NCBI GenBank assembly: GCA_002269645.1
Contig: NIVC01001898.1
Location: forward strand, 48,645 to 112,644
Source: Macrostomum lignano
Lineage: Eukaryota
Direction: 5' to 3'
DNA length: 64,000 bases
Shown piece by piece: positions 24,864-36,246 of this stretch. Position numbers and translations under genes: made by a program. Within the stretch, counting starts at the first letter, position 1. Each line of letters opens with the position of its first letter. The notes under the pieces are model-generated. The model saw only the letters and a list, made by a program, of their open reading frames with translations. It had not been told where the DNA came from and made no database searches.

Positions 24864-27800
24864 AAAACGGACAGGCATGCAGTAAGACGGACAGACAGGC
24901 AATAAGTCGGACAGACAGACAGTAAGACGGACAGACAGAAAGACAGACGGACAGACAGACAGTAAGACGGACAGACAGACAGTAAGACGGACAGACAGGC
25001 AGTAAGACGGACAGACAAGACAGTAAGACGGACAGACAGGCAGTAAGACGGACAGACAGGCAGTAAGACGGACAGACAGGCAGTAAGACGGACAGACAGG
25101 CAGTAAGACGGACAGACAGACAGACAGACGGACAGACAGACAGTAAGACGGACAGACAGGCAGTAAGACGGACAGACAGGCAGTAAGACGGACAGACAGG
25201 CAGTAAGACGGACAGACAGGCAGTAAGACGGACAGACAGGCAGTAAGACGGACAGACAGACAGACAGACGGACAGACAGGCAGTAAGACGGACAGACAGA
25301 CAGACAGACAGACAGTAAGACGGACAGACAGACAGACAGACGGACAGACAGGCAGTAAGATGGACAGACAGACAGACAGACGGACAGACAGGCAGTAAGA
25401 CGGACAGACAGACAGACAGACGGACAGACAGGCAGTAAGACGGACAGACAGACAGACAGACGGACAGACAGGCAGTAAGACGGACAGACAGACAGACAGA
25501 CGGACAGACAGGCAGTAAGACGGACAGACAGACAGACAGACGGACAGACAGGCAGTAAGACGGACAGACAGACAGTAAGACGGACAGACAGGCAGTAAGA
25601 CGGACAGACAGACAGACAGACGGACAGACAGGCAGTAAGACGGACAGACAGACAGACAGACGGACAGACAGGCAGTAAGACGGACAGACAGACAGACAGA
25701 CGGACAGACAGGCAGTAAGACGGACAGACAGACAGACAGACGGACAGACAGGCAGTAAGACGGACAGACAGACAGACAGACGGACAGACAGGCAGTAAGA
25801 CGGACAGACAGACAGACAGACGGACAGACAGGCAGTAAGACGGACAGACAGACAGACAGACGGACAGACAGGCAGTAAGACGGACAGACAGACAGACAGA
25901 CAGGCAGTAAGACGGACAGACAGACGGACAGACAGGCAGTAAGACGGACAGACAGACAGACAGACGGACAGACAGGCAGTAAGACGGACAGACAGACAGA
26001 CAGACGGACAGACAGACAGTAAGACGGACAGACAGACAGACAGACGGACAGACAGGCAGTAAGACGGACAGACAGACAGTAAGACGGACAGACAGGCAGT
26101 AAGACGGACAGACAGACACAGCAAGCCGCACCCGAGCTCACCACTGCCAGAAGCCTCATCAGTCCGCAAGCTGACGCATTTCACTCCCGAACAGTGCCGA
26201 TCTGCCACGCCCAGAACCGCAGTCATCGAACCCGAAGACGCCGATGGTAGCAGCTGCAGCGCCGACGGCTGACGCAGGCGAAGACGCGGACCCGACGCTG
26301 GAGACGCCGCCGCCACCGCGGGCAGGAAGCACAGCAGCGGCCGGGCAAGGCAGCACCTGCCCGCGGAGGCCTCCGCCGGATCGTTGAGACGCCCCAGCGC
26401 CAACTCGCCGGCGGAAGAGCAGGCGGCCAGCAGCTGCCCCGGCTGCCCGCCTGCGGGGAGGGCGGCGGAGAAAGAGGGTTTCTAGCTGCTGGCCCGGTGC
26501 TTCTGTCCGCACTCCCTTTCTCATTCTCGTCACTCTCCTCTCCTGTCACTCCCCCCTCTTTCCTGTCACTCCCTCCTCTTTCCTGTCACTCCCTCCTCTT
26601 TCCTGTCACTCCGCCCTCTCTCCTGTCACTCCCTCCTCTTTCCTGTCACTCCCTCCTCTTTCCTGTCACTCCCTCCTCTTTCCTGTCACTCCCTCCTCTT
26701 TCCTGTCACTCCCTCCTCTTTCCTGTCACTCCCTCCTCTTTCCTGTCACTCCCTCCTCTATCCTGTCACTCCCTCTTCTTTCCTGTTACTCCGCCCTCTC
26801 TCCTGTCACTCCCTCCTCTTTTCTGTCACTCCGCCCTCTCTCCTGTCACTCCCCCCTCTCTCCTGTCACTCCCTCCTCTTTCTTGTCACTCCGCCCTCTC
26901 TCCTGTCACTCCCTCCTCTTTCTTGTCACTCCCTCCTCTTTCCTGTCACTCCCTCCGCTTTCCTGTCACTCCCTCTTCTTTCCTGTCACTCTCTCCTCTT
27001 TCCTGTCACTCCGCCCTCTTTCCTGTCACTCCCTCCTCTTTCCTGTCACTCCGCTTTATCTCCTGTCACTCTGCCCTCTCTCCTGTCACTCCGCCCTCTC
27101 TCCTGTCACTCCGCCCTCTCTCCTGTCACTCCGCCCTCTCTCCTGTCACTCCGCCCTCTCTCCTGTCACTCCGCCCTCTCTCCTGTCACTCCGCCCTCTC
27201 TCCTGTCACTTCGCCCTCTCTCCTGTCACTCCGCCCTCTCTCCTGTCACTCCGCCCTCTCTCCTGTCCCTCCGCCCTCTCTCCTGTCACTCCGCCCTCTC
27301 TCCTGTCACTCCGCTTTCTCTCCTGTCACTCCCCTTTCTCCCCTGTCATTTCTAATCCTCTCACGTAACTCTTTTGTCTTCATTCTGCCTCTATCCGAGT
27401 CACTCTCACTTATATAGATCTGTCAAACGCCTGAAACACTAACTATTACATTGTGAAAATTTCAATGGCAAATTAAAGAACATCGTGTCATGAAAAATAG
27501 TTTAGCTCTCTAATTTGGAAAGTATGTTTATCCTCTCATCTTGCTTTCAGAGTAACCATTAAATCTTACTAAAGTTTGAAAAGCACACGAGCACAATAAA
27601 GAACAGCGCGTCATGTTATTTTTGTTAACAAAACTCTGTAGGGCACGGGGCAAAAGTACGTAAACACATTTAAAAGCCTCTTCTATTTTTGTTACTATTA
27701 AAACTAGTTAAATTCCAACCAAATGCATTCCTTGCCAGCTGGTTTTGTTACAAATTTGTGTTGTTATTGCGGTGGCATTGTATCAACATAGCAGCACTCT

Positions 27801-30800
27801 GAGCAGGAAGAGCACGTGATCGCAACGAGACAACCGCTTCTGTTTTCAGTGGGCAGAGTGGGGCCAGTGCGAGGCGGTGGGGTTGGCTTTACTCATAAAA
27901 TGCAGATCATTCAGGAAAACTCCTGCACCCTAAAACTGGATGCGGCACTTTGAGCTGCTCTTAACTTGCACTTGAAGAACTCTTTTATCTCAGACGATTA
28001 AGAGAGCATCATTTCTAGGAAACGAACCAGAATGTAGATAAGAATTCTATACAATAATAATATGGCAATCTAAAGCTGCATTATGAGTCCATTTGATTGA
28101 TTTTTTGTTATTTAATTAATCATTAAATAAATTAATATCTGTAGCTCTGATTTGCCTGAATTGCCTGGGGGGACTGGGACTTCGGTTAGAGAGTCTGGGA
28201 TCTCAATTAGAGAGTCCGGGATCTCAGTTAGAGTCCGGGATCGCAGTTAGAGAGTGTGGAATCTCAATTAGAGAGTCTGGGATCTCAATTAGAGAGTTTG
28301 GGATCTCAGTTAGAGAGTGTAGGATCTCAGTTAGAGAGTCTGGGATCTCAGTTAGATTGTAGGATCTCAGTTAGAGAGTCTGGGATCTCAGTTAGAGAGT
28401 GTAGGATCTCAGTTAGAGTGTGTGGGATCCCAGTTAGAGAGTGTGGGATCTCAGTTAGAGAGTGTGGGATCTCAGTTAGAGTCTGTGATCTCAGTTAGAG
28501 AGTGTAGGATCTCAGTTAGAGTGTAGGATCTCAGTTAGAGAGTGTAGGATCTCAGTTAGAGTCTGGGATCTCAGTTAGAGAGTATAGGATCTCAGTTAGA
28601 GAGTGTAGGATCTCAATTAGAGAGTTTGGGATCTCAGTTAGATAGTCTGGGATCTCAGTTAGAGAGTCCGGGATCTCAGTTAGAGAGTGTAGGATCTCAG
28701 TTAGAGTGTAGGATCTCAGTTAGAGAGTGTAGGATCTCAGTTAGAGTCTGGGATCTCAGTTAGAGAGTATAGGATCTCAGTTAGAGAGTGTAGGATCTCA
28801 ATTAGAGAGTTTGGGATCTCAGTTAGATAGTCTGGGATCTCAGTTAGAGAGTCCGGGATCTCAGTTAGAGAGTGTAGGATCTCAGTTAGAGTGTAGGATC
28901 TCAGTTAGAGAGTGTAGGATCTCAGTTAGAGAGTCTGGGATCTCAGTTAGAGAGTCCGGGATCTCAGTTAGAGAGTGTAGGATCTCAGTTAGAGAGTGTA
29001 GGATCTCAATTAGAGAGTCTGGGATCTCAGTTAGAGAGTCCGGGATCTCAGTTAGAGTGTGTAGGATCTCAGTTAGAGAGTCCGGGATCTCAGTTAGTGA
29101 GTCTGGGATCTCAGTTAGAGAGTGTAGGATCTCAGTTAGAGTGTGTGGGATCTCAGTTAGAGTGTGTAGGATCTCAGTTAGAGTGTGTGGGATCCCAGTT
29201 AGAGTGTGGGACAATAAAGTTTAAATTTTGAATTGCAATTCCAAGTTGGAAACTAACCAGCGCTGCCCAGCCTCTCTCTCCATCGTAGACCTGCAGATCG
29301 GTGACCCTGCCGTTGAACAGCTGGTCGGCCATCAGGCACGGCCCCCGGTCCCACAGTCCGGCCGGATCCCACAGTTCGAGTTTGCCGCTGGAGCTGCCAG
29401 TCAGCAGCAGCAGGGTGCCGCTGGACTTCAACGCCTGCAAGGCTGTGACCGAAGCGAATACGTAGTGCTCGAATAGTTGACGACCTGGGGTGACAGGCAG
29501 AGTAGATGATTCGAATAGTAACTATAAAAAGTACAATTTGTGTTTTTATTATACAAAGTACTTTTTAATTGCGTTTCTTCGTTCAAGCTAAAAAATCAAT
29601 TTTCTTTTTCAACAAAAAGGATTACTTATAATCTGCGCAACAGGCTACTAGCCGGAAAGTCGAGTAGTATAACCAGAATATTTTGCCAAAATTTCTTTCT
29701 CGCCGTGAGAGAACTTTTTAAAAAATGAATAGGATAGGTCATAGACACTAGAATAACTAGTTGGGGCACTCAACACATTTGCGTGTAAGCTACTTTCAGT
29801 TCAGTAGTAAGTTAAACTGAAGCAGTTTAATGTATTTTAAAGACAAGGCTCATTTATTGGTTCTTACCCCCAAACTTAAACCCCCAAACTACACACGGAA
29901 CCTCTACCCCTGCCCCGCCACCCAATTTTTATTGCCTTCCTGCCATGTACATTGCATTGGTTAATGTACATTATGGCTGAACCAATTAGCAAGCTGTTTA
30001 CATCTGCAAACTTGGGCTTCTAAACTTATCAAAGTAATCTCAGCAGCCTTTATTCTTATAAAATAGCTTATGTATTCTTCATTGCTACTGAACTGAAAGT
30101 AGAAAGCTGTTTTGCCAATTATAGGTGCTTGAGTGGCCCACCTAGTTATTCTAGTATCTGTGTGGGATAGTTAAACAAACAAATAATATTTTTTGATTTG
30201 ATTAGAACTTGAAACAGCTAGTAAGATTTCACAGCCACAGCCATCATCAGGTGCAGCCAGACCAGCCTCTCACCCGACTCGCACTCCCAGATTCGAACCG
30301 TAGCATCTTCCGAGCCGGTGACGCACAGAATTGTTGAAGCCGCACCGAGCGCCTCGGACAGAGCCGGACAGTCCGAGCAGTCCACTAGACGGGCTACATT
30401 GACCGCCTGGGCGTGGCCGGTCAGGCGGCTGCTACCTTGGCAGCTTAGTCCACTTTTGGAAATTTCAATTTCGTACACCTGTACGCTTGTGTCCCGTCCA
30501 GCGGTGACAGCCAGGTTTTTGCTACTGTCAGTCGAGAATATGATGTCCGAATGACCGTTGGACAGCTGGGACACTGAATAGCTGGCTAGAGAATGGGGCT
30601 TAGGCGCCGACTGCGCTGATTGGATGGTCGATTTTTGTGGCTTTTGAACCGACGGCGCTGATTGGCTGGTCGATTTCTGTTGCTTTTTCAACGGCGGCGC
30701 TGATTGGCTGGCTGATTGCTGTGGCTTTTCTACCGATGGCGCTGATTGGCTGGCTGATTGCTGTGGCTTTTCTACCGATGGCGCTGATTGGCTGGCTGGT

Positions 30801-31323
30801 TGCTGTGGCTTTTCTACCGATGGTGCTGATTGGCTGGCTGGTTGCTGTAGTTCCTCTACAGACTCGATTGATTGGGCGGCAGAACCTTGCAGAGACTCGA
30901 TAGACAGCTGATCTGATTGGCTGCTCAATGATTCTTCAGGCAAATTTGAGCAACCAACAGCGACTCGTTTCGCCGGCGGTTGTTGCGAGTCGCTTATTGC
31001 TTCCGAACGCTCTGCTGTCGCGGTGACGGCAGCGGGCAAAGCTGAAGCCTCGCTTAACGGCTGGTCATTGCCGGATTGCGGACTGCTGCTGCTGCTGCTG
31101 GGCTGATGGCTGCAAGGCAGCAAAGCGAAATACCTAAGCCCAATACCTAAGAATATCTGGCGGTGGGAGGTGGCCCAGAAGCTGAGAATGTAAGAAATAA
31201 CAGCGGCCTAGCAACTCAGGATCTGGGAGAGTGGCGGTGCCCCAGCATTTTTAGAATCTAGAAAATAGTGCTGACCAAACCCGAGAAGGATCTGAAAGGT
31301 ACGTACCGTTTCAAGAGTTGCAT
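23236..31323 (-). CDS. WD40-repeat protein with a long Ser/Gln/Pro-rich N-terminus (about 590 aa)
   Basis: Phase-consistent GT-AG exons: 31307-31323 (ATG), 30274-31109, 29258-29484, [unresolved junction], 26142-26450, 24437-24583, 23236-23456 (stop). WD motifs include GHSDIIFSTD..AVTAGRDTSVQVYE, LTGHAQAVNV, VTGSEDATVRIWE and LTGSSSGKLELWD. The 29258 to 26450 join needs a phase shift (a micro-exon or a donor 4 nt further on). Confidence 0.75.
23950..24230 (+). mobile_element. tRNA-derived SINE with CORE-like central domain and (ATT)n tail
   Basis: A-box TAGTCTAGTGG and B-box GGTTCGATTC. GTTGTGTCCTTGAGCAAGGCACTTTAA...CTGTAAAATG resembles the CORE-SINE consensus. (TTA)n tail; TSD TAGAGATCA/TAGGGATCA. 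Antisense in a WD40 intron. Confidence 0.85.
24645..26120. repeat. (GACA)n-derived 20-32-bp minisatellite filling a WD40 intron
   Basis: GACGGACAGACAGGCAGTAA units. Confidence 0.95.
26525..27345. repeat. 20-bp minisatellite (CTCCTGTCACTCCGCCCTCT), intronic
   Basis: Period 20. Confidence 0.93.
28180..29210. repeat. 21-bp minisatellite (GGGATCTCAGTTAGAGAGTCT), intronic
   Basis: Period 21, with 19-bp variants. Confidence 0.93.
29740..30162. mobile_element. P-type MITE related to the element at 48354
   Basis: Left end CATAGACACTAGAATAACTAGTTGGGGCACTCAA versus reverse complement of the right end CACAGATACTAGAATAACTAGGTGGGCCACTCAA. The interior resembles 49990-50219. TSD is ambiguous. Confidence 0.7.
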
Positions 31324-31984
31324 GTAGTGCAGCAGACTCGCTTGCAGGGCAGTCTTCTTAGAGACCTACAGGATTAAATGTAGAATAATAGCAAATTTAT
31401 ATAGTTCAATTTGATTTCAGAAACTTCAAGTGGCCAATACTTGCATTCTATATTGAGTTACCTTGGACTGCTCCTCTTCATTCAAGGCCCGTGGTGAACA
31501 GACCAGTCGTTCAATCTGTCGCAGCTTTTTACTGTACTTTCGAATTTGTAAGTTGATTGCTTCCAGTGATTCTTGCATAGTCCGGTCCGTTTTTGCTGGA
31601 ATATATTGTTTATTACAGTTGGCAGATTTGCTGAAAGTTTATTAGTCTTAGTAAAAACCACTTCAGCTCCGCCTGAAATACAAAGTACGATGAAAAAACC
31701 CACTTGGCTGCAGAGCGGCCATAGACAAGTCTAACCCCAGATTCACTCAGCCTATAGACAAAGTCAGTCAAAGACAGATAAAATCTGTGTTCTGTGAAGC
31801 TGAAGCTAAACTGTCCCTCGGTTTTCTTTACTTAATTTTATACTCTGCTCCTGCATGGCTGAGCGGCGCCGACCACAGAACAGGAATCATCAATCGTGCT
31901 GGCATCGAAGCATGTCGCCATGTCGGCGCCTTGGATTGAACAGTGACTCTGATGTCAGCTCGTCATCGGAAGACCCGGGGAATG

Positions 31985-32600
31985 GGAAGAAGTGATCGCC
32001 AGAGCCGCCACCATTCCTTGGAACTCCAGGCGTGAATCCGGGGTTTGAAAGTCCGGACAACCCGGATGAATATGTCGAGCATTTTTTGAGCCAGTTTATT
32101 ACGGAATGAAATAATCTCACGTGAAGAGGAACTGCGATCTCAACTGGCTAATAAGGAAGGCCTGTACTAAAAATGAAGTGGCAAGTTAATTGGTGCCGCC
32201 GTTCTGTTCCTAGGCGTACTTGCAAAAGCGGAGCTCCGGCTTTACTGGTCAATTGACTTTCACCTGCCGCTGCCACAGAGCTTATCAATAAATCTATTTC
32301 CAAGAGATCCTGTTGTTCCTGCGGTGCTATGATTTCAGAGAGTTTGACGAGAATGACTGTCTTGGCTGCAAGATTCGACCTTTGCTTGGGTTTGTCCAAG
32401 CCATCTGTGTGAACATGTATGCTCCAGAGTGAAAGGTCGGTGTTGATAGACCTTGTATAGACGGTATAGACCTTGGTTTTATACAAAAGGTCGAGTGCTA
32501 CTGAAGCAGTAGCATTCTTAGCAAGAAGGTCGAGTATAGACTAAAGCTTTATTATCTGAGGCATCTACTAGCCACTTTGTACACAGTCTTGTGTAGTGCA
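31985..32600 (+). pseudogene. Decayed piggyBac transposase fragment
   Basis: Frameshifted motifs in the expected order: FLGTPGVNP..PDEYVEHFLSQFITE, ELRLYWSID (about 32243), KIRPLL (32370), YAPE*KVGVD, KGRVLLKQ, and SKK..YRLKLY. Many stops. Confidence 0.72.
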
Positions 32601-34397
32601 CTGCCTTGCAGCACACTCATTTTGGTGACAACATAAATTGCTGCAAAAGTTTTTCAATGAGTGAAAGGACAGTGGTTGAGCTGTCCTACAACTTTTAATA
32701 CCTCTTAAACTTAGGATATCACATCTTCTGTAAAAATTGGTTCACTTTTCTGTGGTTGACAGGGTACTTGTAGCTTGTATCTGAGTGTCTGTGGCTATGG
32801 CCATAACTTTAGGGATTTTCAAGGTCAGAGATGACCAATATATATATTATAGTGAATTCTAGAGTGACATATTTAGATAATATAGAATCTAAAAGTAAAT
32901 CTGTAGCTAATAGCCATATATGGATGTATAATACCATTGAATTTCATAGAGAGCCTAATTATAATGGATAATATCTAAACAATCTTTAAGTAATAGCTAT
33001 GATGAATAGCAGCAATAACTTATTTTATATTTTTTATATTATATTATAAGTGATATGGGTAGTCAAGTAGTCAAAAGGTAGGAGCAAGATAATATTTGTT
33101 TCAAAATTTATGATCAATACTTAAATTTAACAAATTATAACAAGTTCGAACACTAGCTATTTATTGTTTGATATTTTGATATATTACTAGCAATTGGCAT
33201 ATTTGATAACTTTAATCTAGAACTTTTATACAAGCTTTGAATAAAATTAGCAAGACAAAATATTAACTTTAGCAACTTTTAAGTTATATTCTATCTTCTA
33301 TTTCTAGCTATGCCTAAAAAACTTAAAAAAGACAAAAAATAATTTTATTTTAATTTTAATACTTTTAGTTTTATTGTCATTGCCAATTTTGTATCTTTGT
33401 TATTATTGGATTTAAATAGATTATTTATATTATTTAAATAGAGCAAATATATGAACATATATCTATATAAACTATTATAAAGGCATTTAGTATATAGACA
33501 CTGCAATTAAAATGATTAGAATGACAAGATATACTTTTTGGAATATAATTCTATTTTTTGACTTTAGCATAAAGAAAAGACATATTAAAGTTGATAGTTC
33601 TTGTTTTATTTAAATATTGAATTATTTACAAAGGTTTACATTATATAACTATAAGTTATTAGTTATCTATCTTACACAAAATAACCAAAAAGGATAAAAA
33701 TTACTGTGTTCTTTCCAAGATTCTAAAATCAGGTTAGGCCTTTTTTAATTTAATTAGGCTGTTTTTTTTATTATAAGGCCTTTGTGGGTGTCTTTCGAAT
33801 ATATAAATACATAGTCATTCATGGCCATGGGCATGACATCATTCACAAACGAACTGCTAAAGTACCACCACAGTTTCGTGTTTGTCAAAAAACTCTCAAA
33901 CAATGTAATCTGAAATCTTGGGCATGTGAAATTGCAAGCTTATTTATGAAGCTTTAAGCTAAATCTTGAGCATAAAAAGATTTTAGTTAATAGCTCGTGA
34001 AATGCTTCCTCGGCCTCAGCAGCACAAAAAGGCAAAAAGCCACAAAGTAAGCCAGCTAGATCCAGCGCCTGCCAGGACTTCAACCAGAGTTTCTAAGAAA
34101 ACAACACATGCAAATTTCAACTTTTAATGTGGTATATCAAAGTTTTTTAATTTAATGGCCGAGTTATGCCTAAAATCAAGAAAATAGACCATTTTTAACA
34201 AGAAAAAACGATTTAAATAGTCATTAAGAAATAAAGATTAACAATAGTTTCATTATTTGATAATGGTCTATGGGGCAAAATATCGAACTTTTGCTTCATA
34301 AATAATATTTTGGATAAAGTTTTACAACTTCCTTGTAAAATAAATAAAGTAAAATAAGTTAAATAGACATGCATATCTAATCTCGTTAACTACGAAA

Positions 34398-34864
34398 ATG
34401 AGAACCCTTCAGCAGGCATCTGTCGCCATCGCTTGCTGGTTGCTTTCGTGGGCTTTTCTAGCGACCTTAGCTCAAGGTTGCAAAACTAGTAAGTACTGAA
34501 TAGTACGTCTGCTTTAATATTTAAAATTTAAACGTGTTACTCGCACTAGTTCATTCTGATCCTAATTTGTCAAGGCGGAGCCGACCTGCCAGGCTGTTAC
34601 ACAATCGAATCAACAAACCAATACGCCAATGGCGCCAAAATATTCCCAGTGACTAACCTCACATCGGAAAACTGCCGGAAGTTATGCTTAAAAAGCAGCA
34701 TCGTTTCTAGACAGGTGCTACTAAAGCAGAAGCTCTGCTTTTGCGGCTACAAGGTGAAGAGTGCCGGCTACACCAACGAAGAGCGCTGCCATCTGCATTG
34801 CGAAGGCGACAAGAGGGAGCGCTGCGGTTCTGCATCGTTTGTGTCCGCTTATCCGTATGACTAG
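34398..34864 (+). CDS. Small secreted protein with a single WSC domain (126 aa)
   Basis: Exon 1 34398-34488 (signal-peptide-like MRTLQQASVAIACWLLSWAFLATLAQG; donor GTAAGT) and exon 2 34575-34864. WSC pattern GCY...LTSENCRKLC...LCFCG...C..HCEGDKRERCGS..VSAY. Confidence 0.82.
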
Positions 34865-35479
34865 TGCATCTGTACTTTTATAGTGGCTAAGTGCACTCTC
34901 AATATGCGATACGCTTTAGTATTAGGACTCCAGTAGTGCACCAGTGCGCACTGCATGTATATAAGTACGTGCATAACTATTTATTTTACTTTTCATGGGT
35001 AATATCCAGTCATGCATAGAGATTTTAGATACAAGTACGACTAGTATGTTATTAACCGCTACCTCGATAAGAAGATCAAATATACTTTTAAAAAGCTACA
35101 TACATGATAAAACAGAAATGAAAATAAATAAAGCACATACGATTATATGTTTTTTTGCGGCAAATCCATACCCAAAATACAAAGCGGAGGGTCTTATAGA
35201 GTGTGACAACGCAAGGAATTAGCAACAAGTTGTTCTTCTATTTGCAATTGAAAGGCAATAAACAACAATTAAACTATACTTATAACAGCTTTAGTTGCTA
35301 CAAAAATTGACATCATTGCAGCATACCTAGGTAACGGCTCAGGTGGAAAACATGAATTGCTCTGTTCTTTACTTATCAATTTAGCCTTAAGTTAGGTGAA
35401 ATAATTGGCTAGACAAAAGGAGTATGAACGGAACATAGGGAGGATTGGTGGAGAAAGAACAAGTAGAGGCGAGAAAGGA

Positions 35480-36125
35480 GAGATAGTGGAGTGGAGAAGG
35501 GGAGACAGCAGAGTGGAGAGGGAAGGCAGAGTAGAGAGGGGAGGCAGGGTAGAGGGGAGGCAGAGAGTAGAGGGGAGGCAGGGTAGAGAGGGGAGGCAAA
35601 GTGGAGAGGGGAGGCAGAGTGGAGAGGGGAGGCAGAGTAGAGGGGAGGCAAAGTGGAGAGGGGAGGCAAAGAGTAGAGGGGAGGCAGAGGAGAGGGGAGG
35701 CAGGGTAGAGGGGAGGCAGAGTAGAGGAGAGGCAGAGTAGAGGGGAGGCAAAGTGGAGAGGGGAGGCAGGGTAGAGGAGAGGCAGAGTAGAGGAGAGGCA
35801 GAGGAGAGGGGAGGCAGGGTAGAGGGGAGGCAGAGGAGAGGGGAGGCAGGGTAGAGGGGAGGCAGAGTAGAGGAGAGGCAGAGTAGAGGGGAGGCAAAGT
35901 GGAGAGGGGAGGCAGGGTAGAGGAGAGGCAGAGTAGAGGAGAGGCAGAGTAGAGGGGAGGCAAAGTGGAGAGGGGAGGCAGAGTAGAGGAGAGGCAGAGT
36001 AGAGGGGAGGCAAAGTGGAGAGGGGAGGCAGGGTAGAGGAGAGGCAGAGTAGAGGAGAGGCAGAGTAGAGGGGAGGCAAAGTGGAGAGGGAAGGCAGGGT
36101 AGAGGAGAGGCAGAGTAGAGAAGGG
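35480..36125. repeat. Purine-rich 16-18-bp repeat (GTAGAGGGGAGGCAGA)
   Basis: Direct reading. Confidence 0.9.
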
Positions 36126-36246
36126 AGAGATAAGAGACAAGAGAAAACAGATGAGAAACAGAACACAGTGAGTAAGACAGCAAAATGCACAGGGCCTATA
36201 TGTGTCTGTGAACCGAGCAGCACAAAGAGCAATGTGCACCGCACAT

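Noticed and set aside
24603-26403. 478-556 aa ORFs (CLSVRL repeats)
   Set aside because: They are read-through of the (GACA)n array; only 26142-26450 is a real exon.
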